Source of the DNA: Cetorhinus maximus
Lineage: Eukaryota
Assembly: GCF_964194155.1 (NCBI RefSeq)
Contig: NC_135902.1
Coordinates: 40,238,001 to 40,302,000, forward strand
DNA length: 64,000 nt
Direction of reading: 5' to 3'
This document shows, piece by piece, positions 63,626-64,000 of this stretch (positions are counted from its first letter, which is position 1; every line of letters starts with the position of its first letter). A program made the position numbers and the translations under genes. The notes under the pieces were generated by a model. It searched no databases. It was given only the letters and a program-made list of their open reading frames with translations, and was not told the DNA's origin.

Positions 63626-64000
63626 AGAGAACCAGAGAAAACATGGGAGTACTGATGATGAGTCCAGTGAGTGTGATTATTTTATACCCCCAAGTGGAGC
63701 AGTCACTGGAGCCAGATCCGAATCCAGTCCGTTCCAGGTTCGAATTCTGATGTCGATAGGTCATGATCTAGTACTCCTCTGGTCATAGACAGACCACCCG
63801 TGGGAAACCAATTGGCCGTTGGCGGCAAAACTACAGACAGTATGAAAAACAATCGATAGGTTTCACATCGAGATTTGACCCCCCCCCCGCCCGAGACGGG
63901 AGATCCGCTGAGTGATGAACCCGCGTGGAGTGTGAATTTTCTCCTGACAAGTTTCCCTCGCAGCGAAGTGCACGCCAGAAACATGCCAGAAGGACCTCAA

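Overview
Vertebrate genomic DNA, most likely from a cartilaginous fish (inferred from the CR1/L2 LINEs, tRNA-derived and Deu-domain SINEs and Penelope-like repeats; the species cannot be determined). The window holds the SSTR2-SLC39A11 locus. An intact somatostatin receptor 2 CDS lies at 8114-9247 (-), and the first two coding exons of the zinc transporter SLC39A11/ZIP11 lie at 49314-49421 and 59781-59819 (+), head-to-head as in human. Between them is a second intact, strongly diverged somatostatin receptor gene (35676-36794, -). It carries the SSTR2/3/5-type TM3 motif, lacks the QTSI-type PDZ tail, has an altered third intracellular loop and helix 8, and appears to share SSTR2's 5'UTR intron position. 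This candidate extra receptor is the main finding. The rest is mostly transposon-derived: a Penelope-like RT + GIY-YIG element with a 13-bp target-site duplication and a minimal hammerhead-ribozyme-like fold, short TSD-flanked derivatives of its terminus, solo LTRs, nested CR1 LINEs, a Tx1-like 3' end, SINEs and a Tigger-like MITE. All calls were made by eye with no database searches, so many repeat boundaries are approximate.
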